Assembly (NCBI GenBank): GCA_964016885.1
Contig: CAXHJY010000001.1
Location: 434,001 to 498,000 of the forward strand
Direction of reading: 5' to 3'
DNA length: 64,000 nucleotides
From: Eledone cirrhosa
Lineage: Eukaryota
Shown here: one piece after another, positions 24,679 to 39,479 of the stretch
Numbering within the stretch: position 1 is the first letter of the stretch
Layout: every line of letters starts with the position of its first letter
The notes under the pieces: generated by a model
The model's database searches: none
The model's input: the letters and a program-made list of their open reading frames with translations, nothing else
What the model was told of the DNA's origin: nothing
Program-made: the position numbers and the translations under genes

Positions 24679-26865
24679 GGGAAGAGACAGGGACCACGAC
24701 AGTATTTAGGGACTCACTGATTGGTGGAAGAGAAGAGACAGGGACCACGACAGTATTTAGGGACTCACTGATTAGTGGAAGAGAAGAGACAGGGACCACA
24801 ACAGTATTAAGGGACTCACTGATTGGTGGAAGAGAAGAGACATGGACCACGACAGTATTAAGGGACTCACTGATTGGTGGAAGAGAAGAGACAGGGACCA
24901 CAACAGTATTAAGGGACTCACTGATTGGTGGAAGAGAAGAGACAGGGACCATGATAGTATTTAGGGACTCACTGATTGGTGGAAGAGAAGAGACAGGGAC
25001 CACAACAGTATTAAGGGACTCACTGATTGGTGGAAGAGAAGAGACATGGACCACGACAGTATTAAGGGACTCACTGATTGGTGGAAGAGAAGAGACAGGG
25101 ACCATGATAGTATTTAGGGACTCACTGATTGGTGGAAGAGAAGAGACAGGGACCACAACAGTATTAAGGGACTCACTGATTGGTGGAAGAGAAGAGACAG
25201 GGACCACAACAGTATTAAGGGACTCACTGATTGGTGGAAGAGAAGAGACAGGGACCATGATAGTATTTAGGGACTCACTGATTGGTGGAAGAGAAGAGAC
25301 AGGGACCACAACAGTATTAAGGGACTCACTGATTGGTGGAAGAGAAGAGACATGGACCACGACAGTATTAAGGGACTCACTGATTGGTGGAAGAGAAGAG
25401 ACAGGGACCATGATAGTATTTAGGGACTCACTGATTGGTGGAAGAGAAGAGACAGGGACCACAACAGTATTAAGGGACTCACTGATTGGTGGAAGAGAAG
25501 AGACAGGGACCACAACAGTATTAAGGGACTCACTGATTGGTGGAAGAGAAGAGACAGGGACCATGATAGTATTTAGGGACTCACTGATTGGTGGAAGAGA
25601 AGAGACAGGGACCACAACAGTATTAAGGGACTCACTGATTGGTGGAAGAGAAGAGACATGGACCACGACAGTATTAAGGGACTCACTGATTGGTGGAAGA
25701 GAAGAGACAGGGACCATGATAGTATTTAGGGACTCACTGATTGGTGGAAGAGAAGAGACAGGGACCACAACAGTATTAAGGGACTCACTGATTGGTGGAA
25801 GAGAAGAGACAGGGACCACGACAGTATTAAGGGACTCACTGATTGGTGGAAGAGAAGAGACAGAGACCACGACAGTATTAAGGGACTCACTGATTGGTGG
25901 AAGAGAAGAGACAGGGACCACGACAGTATTAAGGGACTCACTGATTGGTGGAAGAGGAGAGACATGGACCACGACAGTATTAAGGGACTCACTGATTGGT
26001 GGAAGAGAAGAGACAGGGACCATGATAGTATTTAGGGACTCACTGATTGGTGGAAGAGAAGAGACAGGGACCACAACAGTATTAAGGGACTCACTGATTG
26101 GTGGAAGAGAAGAGACAGGGACCACGACAGTATTAAGGGACTCACTGATTGGTGGAAGAGAAGAGACAGGGACCACAACAGTATTAAGGGACTCACTGAT
26201 TGGTGGAAGAGAAGAGACAGGGACTACGGCAGTATTAAGGGACTCACTGATTGGTGGAAGAGAAGAGACAGGGACCACAACAGTATTTAGGGACTCACTG
26301 ATTGGTGGAAGAGAAGAGACAGGGACCACAACAGTATTAAGGGACTCACTGATTGGTGGAAGAGAAGAGACAGGGACCACAACAGTATTAAGGGACTCAC
26401 TGATTGGTGGAAGAGAAGAGACAGGGTCTACGGCAGTATTAAGGGACTCACTGATTGGTGGAAGAGAAGTAAGGGACAGGAACCATGACAGTATTTAGGG
26501 ACTCACTGATTGGTGGAAGAGAAGGAACAGGGACCAGAACAGTATTTAGGGTCCCCTAGATTGATGGAAAGGAAGGAAGGGACAGTAACCATTGCAATAT
26601 TTAGGGTCTCCAAAATTAGTGGAAGGAATGGGAAGGTACTACAACAGTATTTAGGGTCTCCAAGATTACTGGAGGGAGGAACAGGAACCATGACAGTATT
26701 TAGGGACTCCCAGATTGGTGGAAGAGAAGGGACATGGACCACAACAGTATTTAGGGTCTCTCAGGTTGGTGGAAGAGAAAGGACAGTGACCATTACAATA
26801 TTTAGGGTCTACAAGATTGGTGAAGTAATGGAATGGGACCACAACAGTATTTTGGATCTCCCAGA
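24679..26865. repeat. 51-bp minisatellite (~36 homogeneous units to ~26510, then diverged units)
   Basis: Unit ggaagagaagagacagggaccacaacagtattaagggactcactgattggt; 17-aa periodicity in the ORF track. Confidence 0.97.
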
Positions 26866-27561
26866 TGGTGGTGGTGATGATGATGGTGGTGCTGGTGGTC
26901 GTGGTGGTGATGGTGATGGTGATGATGATGATGGTGGTGGTGGTGGTGATGGTGGTGGTGGTGGTGTTGGTGGAGTGTAGGTGGCTGTCGTGGTTATAGT
27001 GGGAGTGGAGTGTAGGTAGTGATGGTGGTGGTGGAGTGGAGGTAGTTGTGGTGGTGGTGAGGAGGAGGATGCTGGTTTTGTTGTTGTTGGTGGTGTGGTG
27101 GTGGTGGTGCTGCTGCTGCTGCTGGTGATAGTGGTAGTGGTGGTGGTATTGCATATTGTAGTAGGTATTGTTGATGTTGTTTAGCCCCAGGTAAGCCAAC
27201 ATCCAACAGACCTGCCAAGAGTGGTCTCAGATGGTGCTTGGAACATAACTTAACAAAGGTTGTTAGTATTGTAAGAACAAGGTCCACATCTGGCAGTTTG
27301 GTATCAAAAGGGTTAAGATGGTATTTGGAACATAACTTAACAAAGGTTGTTAGTATTGTAAGAACAAGGTTCACATCTGGCAGTTTGGTATCAAAACGGT
27401 TAAGATGGTATTTGGAACATAACTTAACGAACGTCCTTAGTATTGTAAGGGTTGATTAATCCTATTAATCCTTTGTATTCTTACTCAGTTGAACCTCATT
27501 TTTTTTACAAATGTTTAGTGAGATAAAAGAGCAGAGGTTTTCTCATGATCTTTCATTGTAG

Positions 27562-27699
27562 AATGTCCAGAGGGGAAATTTGGACCAAACTGTGGCAACA
27601 CATGCCCCTGTGCTGACAACAGCAGGTGTAACAAACAGACAGGTGTGTGTTCAAGTGGAGGATGTGCTGCTGGTTATGAAGGTAGCAACTGTCAGACAG
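27562..27699 (+). CDS. Exon F: EGF repeat (CPEGKFGPNCGNTCPCADNSRCNKQTGVCSSGGCAAGYEGSNCQT)
   Basis: ttgtag acceptor, gtaagt donor, 138 bp, open frame. Confidence 0.88.
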
Positions 27700-28090
27700 G
27701 TAAGTTGTGTAGTATAGCTTTTTTTGTAACATAATATATTGTGTCCAGACAATAGTAGGTGCTTATCCCATTTTTATGGTGTGAAATGACTGAGAGTACA
27801 AGACTCCTCCCTGGACAGGACGCCAATCCATCGTGGGGTCAAAACCCCAGCTATTGCTGGTACTCGTTTTCAGCTGAGTATACTGGAGCAGCGTGAAATG
27901 AAGTGTTTTGCTCAAGAATACAACACACAACTCAGCCCAGGAATCGAACCCATGACATTATGATTGTAAGTCCAACACCCTTACCACTAGGCCACACACC
28001 TCCACTATGCATGTGCATCTGTCTGTATAATTGTCTCTTCTTCTTCTTCATCCTCATGTTTTCTCTTGTTGTTGCTTTATTCCATTGCAG

Positions 28091-28228
28091 TGTGTGCATC
28101 TGGTTCATTTGGTCCTAACTGCAAGTATATGTGCCACTGTGCAGACAACAGTAAATGTAATATAGTGTCAGAGATATGTTCAAGTGGAGGATGTGCAGTT
28201 GGTTACAAGGGAAGTAACTGCCAGACAG
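28091..28228 (+). CDS. Exon G: EGF repeat, duplicate of exon D with a G-to-E change
   Basis: ttgcag acceptor, gttagt donor, 138 bp; tca gag ata here versus tca ggg ata in D. Confidence 0.88.
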
Positions 28229-30551
28229 GTTAGTAACCTACCACCAGATAGCGTTGTTTACACAACCATCCCTTCATACAACAACACTGTTTAAATGTTG
28301 AGAATCAATGAGTCCTTAATTTTTTTTACATCAAACCACATAAGATTGCCCCTGCTTCTAGGGCAGGGGCATGTAGCAGGCGGCCCGTGGGCCACAATCC
28401 GCCCTGCCAGACCAGTCAAAGTGGCCCGCGGTGACCATTTTAAATGTTTACCTTGTAGGCCTATTTACAATTTTTTTCATAACCGTAATACAATTTTCTG
28501 TTAGTTGACCTATACTAAAGGGCTTCACTGATAGGGTTGTGTGTGTTATACTTTCCCAGTTCCATGTTATGGAAAGAAGTTGTGGTGAATCTTCGGAATA
28601 GTGCTTAATAAATATTAATAGCCCTAATAATTGTTCCAATGTTCAAAAGTGGCCCGCCAATGGAATATGTTGCACACCCCTGTTCTAGGGTACAAAATTG
28701 TTTAGTTTAAAGTGGTTATGTATGTATGTATATATGTACATATGTACATATGTCAGGTCACCAGTTGGTGCTACTGGTAACATGTATCCCAGTACAACCT
28801 GTCTCATGGTCGGGTCGTTGGCGACTGAAATGGTAACCCCACCAAGGTTTCTTGGTGAGGAGGGTGACTTTGGACATCCTGCAGGACTAAAAACAAAACC
28901 TGTGAAAGGGCAACGGAGCTTTTAAGTGTCAATGGCCATCCAAAATCACCGGGAGAGATGACCCCTTAGCCTTTCTCGCAGAATTCTAGGAGAAGGAAAA
29001 CTCTAATATTACACCTGCAACCCTGATGGTATCCAATGATGTTGACTTGTTCTTCCTTTTGGTAAATATCATCTTAGTTAAGAGAATGGGACTGGCTTTG
29101 TGCAGTGCCTTTGCTCACTATAAAAGCTTCACGGCACAGGCATTGCTTTATATCTGGAGATCTCTCTGTACAGGAATTTTCAAGTCGCTGGCTGGACTAA
29201 AAAGTCACTATTGTTCAGCGCATCGGTAGGGGTTCTCCTACATGGATATAAAGTAGTGGCCGTACTCGAAAACGAGTTGGCAGCCACCATGTACATATGT
29301 ATGTATGTTAAATGGTACAATCAGCACTCATTTAACTGGATAGACAGAAGAAGAAGCACAGTGCTATCTGAAATTATGCTAAATCATAAGGAGGCTAAAA
29401 CAGAACCAGGTACAGTACTCGTTTTCTTGGCGTATTCTCACAAATGCATTTCCATATTTATGCGAATCCTTTTTCATGTGGCTGTGATCTCTGTACAACG
29501 GAAGCTCAACACATTATTAATAGGAGACAGGAAGTAATTAACAAAGGCTCTGACCACTTTAACCTTTAGCATTTAAACCGGCCATATCCGGCCAGAATTC
29601 TCTCACCTTTTTCTGTTCAAACCAGCCGTAACTGGCTGCTCATACTTATGTTAAGGTATTGTTCTCAAAATAAATAATATCAAAATCTTGTTGATTTGAT
29701 ATTATGTGAGATTATTATGTGAGGTAAAGACTTTACAGAGAAAATACATTACAGAGTAATGTAAATGCCAAAGAGTTAATACTTGTATGCATAAAATATC
29801 TAAAACTTTCCTTAGATTAGATAGTTAACACATTCCATGCTAACTTCCACCTAGAGCTGAACATAATGACTAAATCTATACATTTAATGCATCCTTACAT
29901 AGTTACACAAGAATCACCTTCTCTAATAATACACAGCCTGGATATATAGCTATGTAGTTCAAACAAATAAACAAAGTTCAAATAAACAAAAAAATAAGTA
30001 GATTATTCGAACAAATTCTTTAACATATAGGAACGGGGGGTGGGGTGATGACTGACCCCTCTGGTAATTTGATACCTTAACCTACTTACCATCCCTAGTA
30101 TGTCAGCAACAATAGCACCTCCTGCTTCATATCTGCCTACTAGAATAGCCATCCAAACCTTATAACAACTGGACAGGAATGCAAACACAACTCTAACCCC
30201 CAATCCTTGGTAGCATATCAAAAACAAAATAAAAGAACACAAATTTGATGCCTGACCGATTTAACTCACTCAATATGCAAATTAGGCTGCTCAGCCGTTA
30301 ATTTTGATAAGGAAAGAATATACTTTCGAACGTTCAACTATCTGGCAGATGGGTAAACGGTGCTGATGATAGCTAACAAGCTTGAAACTAGTACATCGTG
30401 CCTGTGTCAGTGTTGAACAAAAAGGTGACGTGGTTGCCTTAACACCGTATGGCATAAATTCAGGCTGTTCAGTTTGTTGACAAACGAACAAAGCGGCGTT
30501 ATAATAAGCGTCCGCTAAACTGATGCGTGCATATATGTATGTGTACCTGTA

Positions 30552-30582
<31 letters not shown>

Positions 30583-30806
30583 GCATGCTACTGTACGTCC
30601 GTATACATATATGTATGTACGTATACATACATACTTACATTTAAGTAAGTGCCATACTAAGAGTGAGAAATGAAATTTCGTTTTCATTTTTTTCAACTTA
30701 TATATATATACATATATATATATATAACTCTTATCTTATTGAGCCCTCTCCAGATTTTGGTGTTTCTATTTATTATTAACTACTCTCTCACTTCTCTCTC
30801 TCTCTA

Positions 30807-31140
30807 TGGCTTAGTGGTTAGAGCATTGGCCTTGCAATCGAAAGGTTGTGAGTTCAATTCTCAAACCGGGTGATGTGTTGTTTCCTTGAGCAAGACACTT
30901 TATTTCACATTGCTCCAGTTTACTCAGCTGTAGAAATGAGATGATAGGGACTTGGGCCTCTATCATTCCACTGCAAAGTGGTCGTGGGGGTGCCACAGGA
31001 AAAAAGCACCCAGCACTCACTGTAAATAAGGTTGGTGGTAGGAAGGGCATCCAGCTGTAGAAATCAAACCAGAATCAGTTTCCGTCCCACCCTCGCAAGC
31101 AGGGAAAAGTGGACGTAAAATGATGATGATGATGATGATG
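30807..31140 (+). mobile_element. tRNA-derived CORE-like SINE with RTE-type 3' tail
   Basis: tggcttagtgg A box, gagttcaattc B box, ccttgagcaagacactt core, ggacgtaaaa(tga)n tail. Confidence 0.85.
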
Positions 31141-31671
31141 ATACATATATTTATATATATATATATACATAAAACTCTTATCTTATTGAGCCCTCTCTAG
31201 ATTTTGGTCTTTGTATTTATTATTAACTACTCTCTCTCTTCTCTCTCTCTCTCTCTGTATATATATATGTGTGTGTGTGTGGTGCTGCTGCTGCTGACAT
31301 ACTTAATGATAAAGAAGAAGATATACATTTCATTTTTTAATGTTTTCTTACAGTGTCACATGAAGCAATTTCTCTGGTCTCACATTTTCAAAATTCAAAT
31401 AATGTCTACCATGTAAAATATTATTATGTAATAAACAAGATAAGGCAATTATTCCATTTACCAGTGGTTTCTTAAAAGCAAAAGGTTTTGCTTTCAATCC
31501 TCAGAATGAAAAAATCCTGGTTTGTTTATTGAATTTGGATTTTAAAAAACAAAAATGCAATCTATATGAAAGTGAGGCTGGAGAAGGGAGAAGGAAAGGA
31601 AAAATAAAATAAAACTACACATGGAAACACACACACAAAAACACAAAAGCATACATACACACACACACATA

Positions 31672-31898
31672 TATCATCATCATCATCATCATCATCAGGT
31701 TTAGCGTCCGTGTTCCACGCTTGCATGGGTTTGGACGGGGGTTTTCCCACTTGAGGCAAGAGTGGTTGTCTTGCTCGCATAGGACTGTCTGGCGGGTTTT
31801 CTACAGTTGGATGCCCTTCCTAACACCAACCACATTTACAGTGTGGGGCTGGGAGGTTTTTACCGTGTTGCCTACACGGCCACATTACAGCGTGGACT
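31672..31898 (-). mobile_element. RTE LINE 3' UTR fragment
   Basis: Reverse complement of 46572-46795. Confidence 0.8.
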
Positions 31899-32022
31899 AT
31901 ATATATATATATATACATATATACATATACACATATATATATACATACACAAATATACACATACACATACATACACATATACACATACATACACGCATAC
32001 ATACACATACACACACACATAT

Positions 32023-32077
<55 letters not shown>

Positions 32078-33040
32078 TACATATATATATGTGTGTACAA
32101 GCATACACATACACAAACATAGCCATACACACACACATATATACATACATACATTCACACAATCATACATATATACATACGTACATACATACACATACAT
32201 AAATGCACTCCTCTACATAGTTACCCACGCAAATAAATATAAGAAAAAATATATATATATATTAAAAAAATTTTTTGACACCGTTACATAAGGCAGCTAA
32301 CTGGACAGACACGCGTGGTAAGTAATACACACAAATGCACGGATACATACGTACGAAATCGTAAACACATACACACACTCTCACACATAAATATACATAT
32401 ACAAATACATAAACACATACATGCACATACATGCACAAATACGCACACGTATACAATATATACACACACATATGTATATGTAATTATATACACACACACA
32501 TATATATATATATATACATATATATACATAAATATAAACGCACACACACACACATACGTATACATACACACACATATACATACATAGCTAAACAATTATA
32601 CACATACAAATACGTACATATCATAAACACGCACAACCAAATACAAACACAAACACAGACACACATACATATATACATACACACGCATACATATACACAC
32701 ATATATATATATACATATATATATATACACATATATATATATATATATACATACATACATATACATACATATATATACACATGCATACACATACACACAC
32801 ACATACATGTGTGTATGTGTAAGACTCAGTCTTAGATAATTCATATGAACCTTACATATACGTATATATAGTAGTAAAGTAATAAAGCAACATAAGGCAA
32901 TTATTCCATTCACCAGTGGTTTCTTAAAAGCAAAAAATTTTTCCTTCAATCTTCAGAATGAAAAAAACCCTGGTTTATCCACATATACATACACACACAC
33001 AAATATATACATATATATACACACATACACATACACACAC

Positions 33041-33111
<71 letters not shown>

Positions 33112-33362
33112 CACACACAAATATACATACACATACACATAGGTATGTGAAGGGCAAGGCAAAAAGAATATATGGGGGGAGGGGGCATAAGAAAAGGTAA
33201 AATATAAGGGGAGGTAAGGGAGAAAAAAATAAGTAAATATACAAGAGTACAGAACGTAGAATCAGCAAAATAAAAACCGTAGCAGAAGTAAAGAGCAGGG
33301 AAGGAGTTCAAGGCGGTTGATTTATCATAGGAGTGTCAATGTTTTTTTTTTATATATATGTG

Positions 33363-33429
<67 letters not shown>

Positions 33430-33730
33430 ATGTATGCTTTTGTGTTTTTGTGTGTGTTTGCATGTGTAGTTTTATTTTATTTTTCCCTTCTTTCCTTCTC
33501 CCTTCTCCAGCCTCACTTTCATATAGTTTGCATTTTTGTTTTTTAAAATCCAAATTCAATAAACAAACCAGGATTTTTTTCATTCTGAGGATTGAAAGCA
33601 AAACCTTTTGCTTTTAAGAAACCACTGGTAAATGGAATAATTGCCTTATGTTGTTTATTACATAATAATAATTAAGCTCTGTTGCCTACATAGAGCACTC
33701 TTTTTTCCTGGATTTTTCCGACGGAATTAC

Positions 33731-33815
<85 letters not shown>
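31899..33815. repeat. Compound (TA)n/(CA)n microsatellite region
   Basis: Long dinucleotide tracts with short unique spacers. Confidence 0.9.
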
Positions 33816-33818
<3 letters not shown>

Positions 33819-34331
33819 AGCCGTAGAGCAACTATTGATTAAAATAATGAGTTTCAGAAGATCCCGTTAAGGTTGAAAGCAGCTATTCTTTGTTTAAAGA
33901 GAGAGAGAAGGAGAATGATATTTTGACGGTCTTCGAGTTTATTCCGAAGTCTGTGCAAAGGACTTGCTGTTGATTTCATAACTAAACTTTGGATATTTTA
34001 AACAAAAAAACGAAGTTGTAATGGATAATATCGCTGCTATTTCTAGCAGTTAGAAAGACTACGTAGAGGTTTTGTAAGGTGGCATTGCAGGTCTAAATTC
34101 CATAGTTGTAATAGAATCTGATGTCAGAGGTGGTGGAGATGGTACATTTTGGTCTTCAACAGTGAAAATGCCTCCATTTCTTTCAGCAATGAATTCTGTG
34201 CATTTCTTGGGTCGTCAGTAACCTGGCTTGTGTGGAGATTGTGAAGAGGACCAACTGAAGAGTGAGGTCTCTGCTTTGAATGTACATATTTCCAGGACAC
34301 CATACTGTCAGGGTTGGATGCTATGTGCAGT

Positions 34332-35605
34332 TAAGATAATGTAGTCTTAGATACACTATGCCTGATAGCCACTAATACTAACTACTGTACTGTATATTAG
34401 ATAATGTAGTCCTAGATACACTATGCCTGATAGCCACTAATACTAACTACTGTACATTAGATAATGTAGTCCTAGATACACTATCTCTGATAGCCTCTAA
34501 TACTGATTACTGTACTGTACATTATGTAATGTAGTCCTAGATACACTATGTCTGGTAGCCACTAATACTAACTACTACACTGTACAATAGGTAATGTATT
34601 CCTAGATACACTATGCCTGATAGCCAGTAATACTAACTACTATATTGTACATTAGATAATGTATTCCTAGATACACTATGTCTGATAGCCAGTAATACTA
34701 ACTACTATATTGTACATTAGATAAGGTAGTCATCGATACACTATGTCTGATAGCCACTAATACTAACTACTGTACTGTACATTAGGTAATGTAGTCCTAG
34801 ATACACTATGTCTGATAGCCACTAATACTAACTACTGTACTGTACATTAGATAATGTAGTCCTAGATACACTATGTCTGATAGCCACTAATACTAACTAC
34901 TATACTGTACATTAGATAATGTAGTCCTAGATACACTATGTCTGATAGCTACTAATACTAACTACTGTACTGTACATTAGATAATGTAGTCCTAGATACA
35001 CTATGTCTGATAGCCACTAATACTAACTACTATACTGTACATTAGATAATGTAGTCCAAGATATACTATGTCTGATAACCACTAATACTAACTTCTATAC
35101 TGTACATTAGATAATGTAGTCCTAGATACACTATGTCTGATAGCCACTAATACTAACTACTGTACTGTACATTAGATAATGTAGTCCTAGATATACTATG
35201 TCTGATAGCCACTAATACTAACTACTGTACTGTACATTAGATAATGTAGTCCTAGATACACTATGTCTGATAGCCACTAATACTAACTACTGTACTGTAC
35301 ATTAGATAATGTAGTCCTAGATACACTATGTCTGATAGCCACTGATACTAACTACTGTATTGTACATTAGATAATGTAGTCCTAGATACACTATGTCTGA
35401 TAGTCACTAATACTAACTACTGTACTGTACATTAGATAATGTAGTCCTAGATACACTATGTCTTATAGCCAGTAATACTGACTACTGTACTGTACATTAG
35501 ATAATGTAGTCCTAGATATACTATGTCTGATAACCACTAATACTAACTACTGTACTGTACATTAGATAATGTAGTCCGAGATACACTATGTCTGATAGTC
35601 ACTAG
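34332..35605. repeat. 65-bp minisatellite, ~20 units
   Basis: Unit ttagataatgtagtcctagatacactatgtctgatagccactaatactaactactgtactgtaca; cctagataca at 34861 and 34926. Confidence 0.95.
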
Positions 35606-36439
35606 TATTTACATAGTTCACAGGGAGATTCAGCGAGACAAAACGTGTGACATGCCTTCCTTTTTAAATACATATAGAATCCATCTTATATTATAATGCG
35701 TCTGGGTATTTCATTGACACGTGTACCGTTGACATTGTTCTCAGAGAGATTCAGTGTGACAATTCTATGTAACAACGTTACCCTATAATTACTGGTACAA
35801 CTTATTAGTTTTGCCAGCTGGGAGAAATGTTTTGTTCAAGGGGCCAACGCACAGACCACCCGGTCTCACGAACCATACGTTCTTGAATTACGCGCTATCA
35901 CCGCGTAAACCCGGTTTCCTCCACACAAAATACACCAGAATAATTTAATCCGGATTAATTCACGAACAAGATTTACAATAAGTCGCTGAGAGTGATCTCC
36001 CTTGGCTGACTTTACAATCTTTACTTTTTCCATTAGAAATGAATTTGTTTCATGTCCGACTGAAAGACTCTGGAGTTTTTACCTGTCTGGGGTTTAATTA
36101 ATGAGGAATTTTGAGGTATTTATAACAATTATTAATTATTTCATTACTGAGATATCATTTGAAGGATTTACTGAAGTTTTTAATTATTAATTATTTTATT
36201 AGTAACTTAACATGTGGTTCTTGTATAAAATTATGTTGGAAGATTTTTAAGAAGAAGCTATGTAACCGGACCCCGTAAAATAGAATCCCTGGCTATGTAG
36301 CCGGTAAGAGTGTCAAACACCATGTGTTGCAGCCCTTTATGGTCTGAGTTAAGACAATTTAAAATCTTTTCCACCATCAATTGTTAAAAAACAAGTTAAA
36401 GTCATTTTGTCGTCCATTTTAACTTACGTTACACTTTAG

Positions 36440-38150
36440 TTATATATACATCTACTGTGTTACATACACACACATCTACTGTCTTACATACACACACATC
36501 TACTGTCTTACATACACACACATCTACTGTGTTACATACACACACATCTGTGTTACATACACACACACCTACTGTGTTACATACACACACATCTACTGTG
36601 TTACATACACACATCTACTGTGTTACATATACAGAGATCTACAGTGTTACATACACATCTATTGTGTTACATACACACACATCTACTGTGTTACATACAC
36701 ACACATCTACTGTGTTACATGCACACATCTACTGTCTTAGATACACACACATCTACTGTCTTACATACACACATCTACTGGGTTACATACACATACATCT
36801 ACTGTGTTACATACACACACATCTATTGTGTTACATACACACACATCTACTGTGTTACATACACACATCTACTGGGTTATATACGCACACATCTACTGGG
36901 TTACATACACACACATCTACTGTGTTACATAAACACACATCTACTGTGTTATATACACACACATCTATTGTGTTACATACACACACATCTACTGTGTTAC
37001 AGACACACACATCTAATGTGTTACATACCAACACATCTACTGTGTTACATACAAACACATCTACTGTGTTACATACACACACATCTATTGTGTTATATAC
37101 ACACACATCTATTGTGTTACACACATCTACTGGGTTACATACACTCACATCTACTGAGTTACATACACTCACATCTACTGTGTTACATACACACACATCT
37201 ACTGTGTTACTTACACACACATCTACTGAGTTACATACACATACATCTACTGTGTTATATACACACACATCTATTGTGTTACATACACACACATCTACTG
37301 TGTTACATACACACACATCTACTGTGTTACATACACACACATCTACTGTGTTACATACACACACACCTACTGTATTACATACACACACATCTACTGTGTT
37401 ACATACACACATCTACTGTGTTACATATACAGAGATCTACAGTGTTACATACACACATCTACTATGTTACATACACACACATCTACTGTGTTACATACAC
37501 ACACATCTACTGTGTTACATACACACACATCTACTGTGTTACATACACACACATCTGTGTTATATACACACACATCTATTGTGTTACATACACACACATC
37601 TACTGTGTTATACACACACATCTACTGTGTTACATACACACACACCTACTGTATTACATACACACACATCTACTGTGTTACATACACACATCTATTGTGT
37701 TACAATACACACATCTACTGTGTTACATACACACATCTACTATGTTACATACACACACATCTACTGTGTTACATACACACACATCTACTGTGTTACATAC
37801 ACACACATCTACTGTGTTACATACACACACATCTGTGTTATATACACACACATCTATTGTGTTACATACACACACATCTACTGTGTTATATACACACATC
37901 TACTATGTTACATACACACACATCTACTGTGTTACATACCCACATCTACTGTATTACATACACACACATCTACTGAGTTACATACACATACATCTACTGG
38001 GTTACATACACACACATCTACTGAGTTACATACACACACATGTACTGTGTGATATACACACACATCTACTGTGTTATATACACACACATCTACTGTGTTA
38101 CATACGCACCCATCTACTGGGACACACACACACACACACATCTACTCATA
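36440..38150. repeat. ~24-bp minisatellite (catctactgtgttacatacacaca)
   Basis: Tandem units with variable (ca)n length; 8-aa periodicity in the ORF track. Confidence 0.95.
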
Positions 38151-38703
38151 CATATTCATAAATAGACACAATACAAAATATTTATTACATACACACACAT
38201 CTATGTAATGATTGAGGAATGAATTGGCTGGTGAAACGCTATAGCGATGTGTGTGTTGCGTACCTTTAAGGTTTACCGGCTTCGTAGCCTGTTCGAAGAT
38301 TTTATTATAATTATGAACCTCGTATTTCAATTAATTATGAATAATTTGGGCTATTTATCACAATTGTTAGTTAATTACTAACATAGTAACATAACATATG
38401 GTTGTTATATAGAATTTCGTTGGAAGACTTTAATTTAGATAGGAACCATTTCCATATAACGAGAACCTATTTTGGCTGGGTTTCTACCAAAATGGTTAAT
38501 GAAGAATTTTGAACAATTTACTAAAATTATTATATCATTACTAAGATAATGTGTGAATACACAATTATATGTGTATATATATATATATATATAGTAATAA
38601 TAATAAAATTGAAGACTAAAATCCAAAGAGGGCTCAATAAGGATAAATATATATCAAATATATAAGAACTGTAGAGAAAATATTTATTAAAATAACAGAT
38701 TAA

Positions 38704-39048
38704 TATATATATGCACGTATGGATTCACCGAATATTTATTATAATATTTATTATAATGTTTGTAAACAAACATCCCGTATTAAGCCGTAGTGTCTAGCAA
38801 CCACCGTTGCTCGTTTGTTCAACACTGACAAAGGAACGCTGTACTAGTTTCAAGCTTGTTAGCTATCGTCAGCAACGTATACCTTCCTGCCAGATTGTTG
38901 AACGTATATACTTACCTTATGCATATTAACGGGCTACAAACGAGCAACGGTGGTTGCTAGACACTACGGCTTAATACGGGATGTTTGTTTACAAACACAC
39001 CGAGCATTATAATAAATATTCGGTGAATCCATACGTGCATATATATAT
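38704..39048. repeat. Fold-back inverted repeat: perfect 62-bp inner arms plus ~42-bp outer arms
   Basis: 38757-38818 is the exact reverse complement of 38936-38997; 38704-38745 pairs with 39007-39048. Confidence 0.9.
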
Positions 39049-39181
39049 GTGTGCATGTATGTATATATATATATACATACTACTGTACGTCGGTATGCAT
39101 ATATGTGTGTACGTGTACATACTTATATTTAAGTAACAGCCGTACTAAGAGTGGGAAATGAAATATCGTTTCATCTTTTCC

Positions 39182-39230
<49 letters not shown>

Positions 39231-39479
39231 AATATATAAATATACATATGAAATGTAATGTATAAATAACATTTTCTTCTTGTCTCCCACCCTTCAGTTC
39301 ATTCATCCATATATCTATAATCGCCCAGAATCCAAATCCTACTTCATAATTGCTATTCTATAATTCTGTCTGACTGTTCTAAATAATCTTCTCCTCGCTA
39401 ACTACCCCATACCCCTCCCCCCCCCATTCTCCAGCTTTATTATTTGGACCAATCACAAGTCAACGGCCTATGCTATCAC

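Larger units (their letters stand above)
27066..30246 (+). repeat. Segmental duplication copy 2 (exons F and G)
   Basis: Near-identical to 20130-23090, with ~245 extra bp at ~29041-29285. Confidence 0.95.

Noticed and set aside
30807-30875. tRNA-like sequences with A and B boxes (also 16720, 44222, 46910, 63050)
   Set aside because: They continue into SINE core and LINE-type tails, occur as diverged dispersed copies, and show no convincing acceptor stem.
31721-38161. Many Y/I/H/T/C/V-rich ORFs
   Set aside because: Products of (TA)n/(CA)n microsatellites and the 24-bp array.
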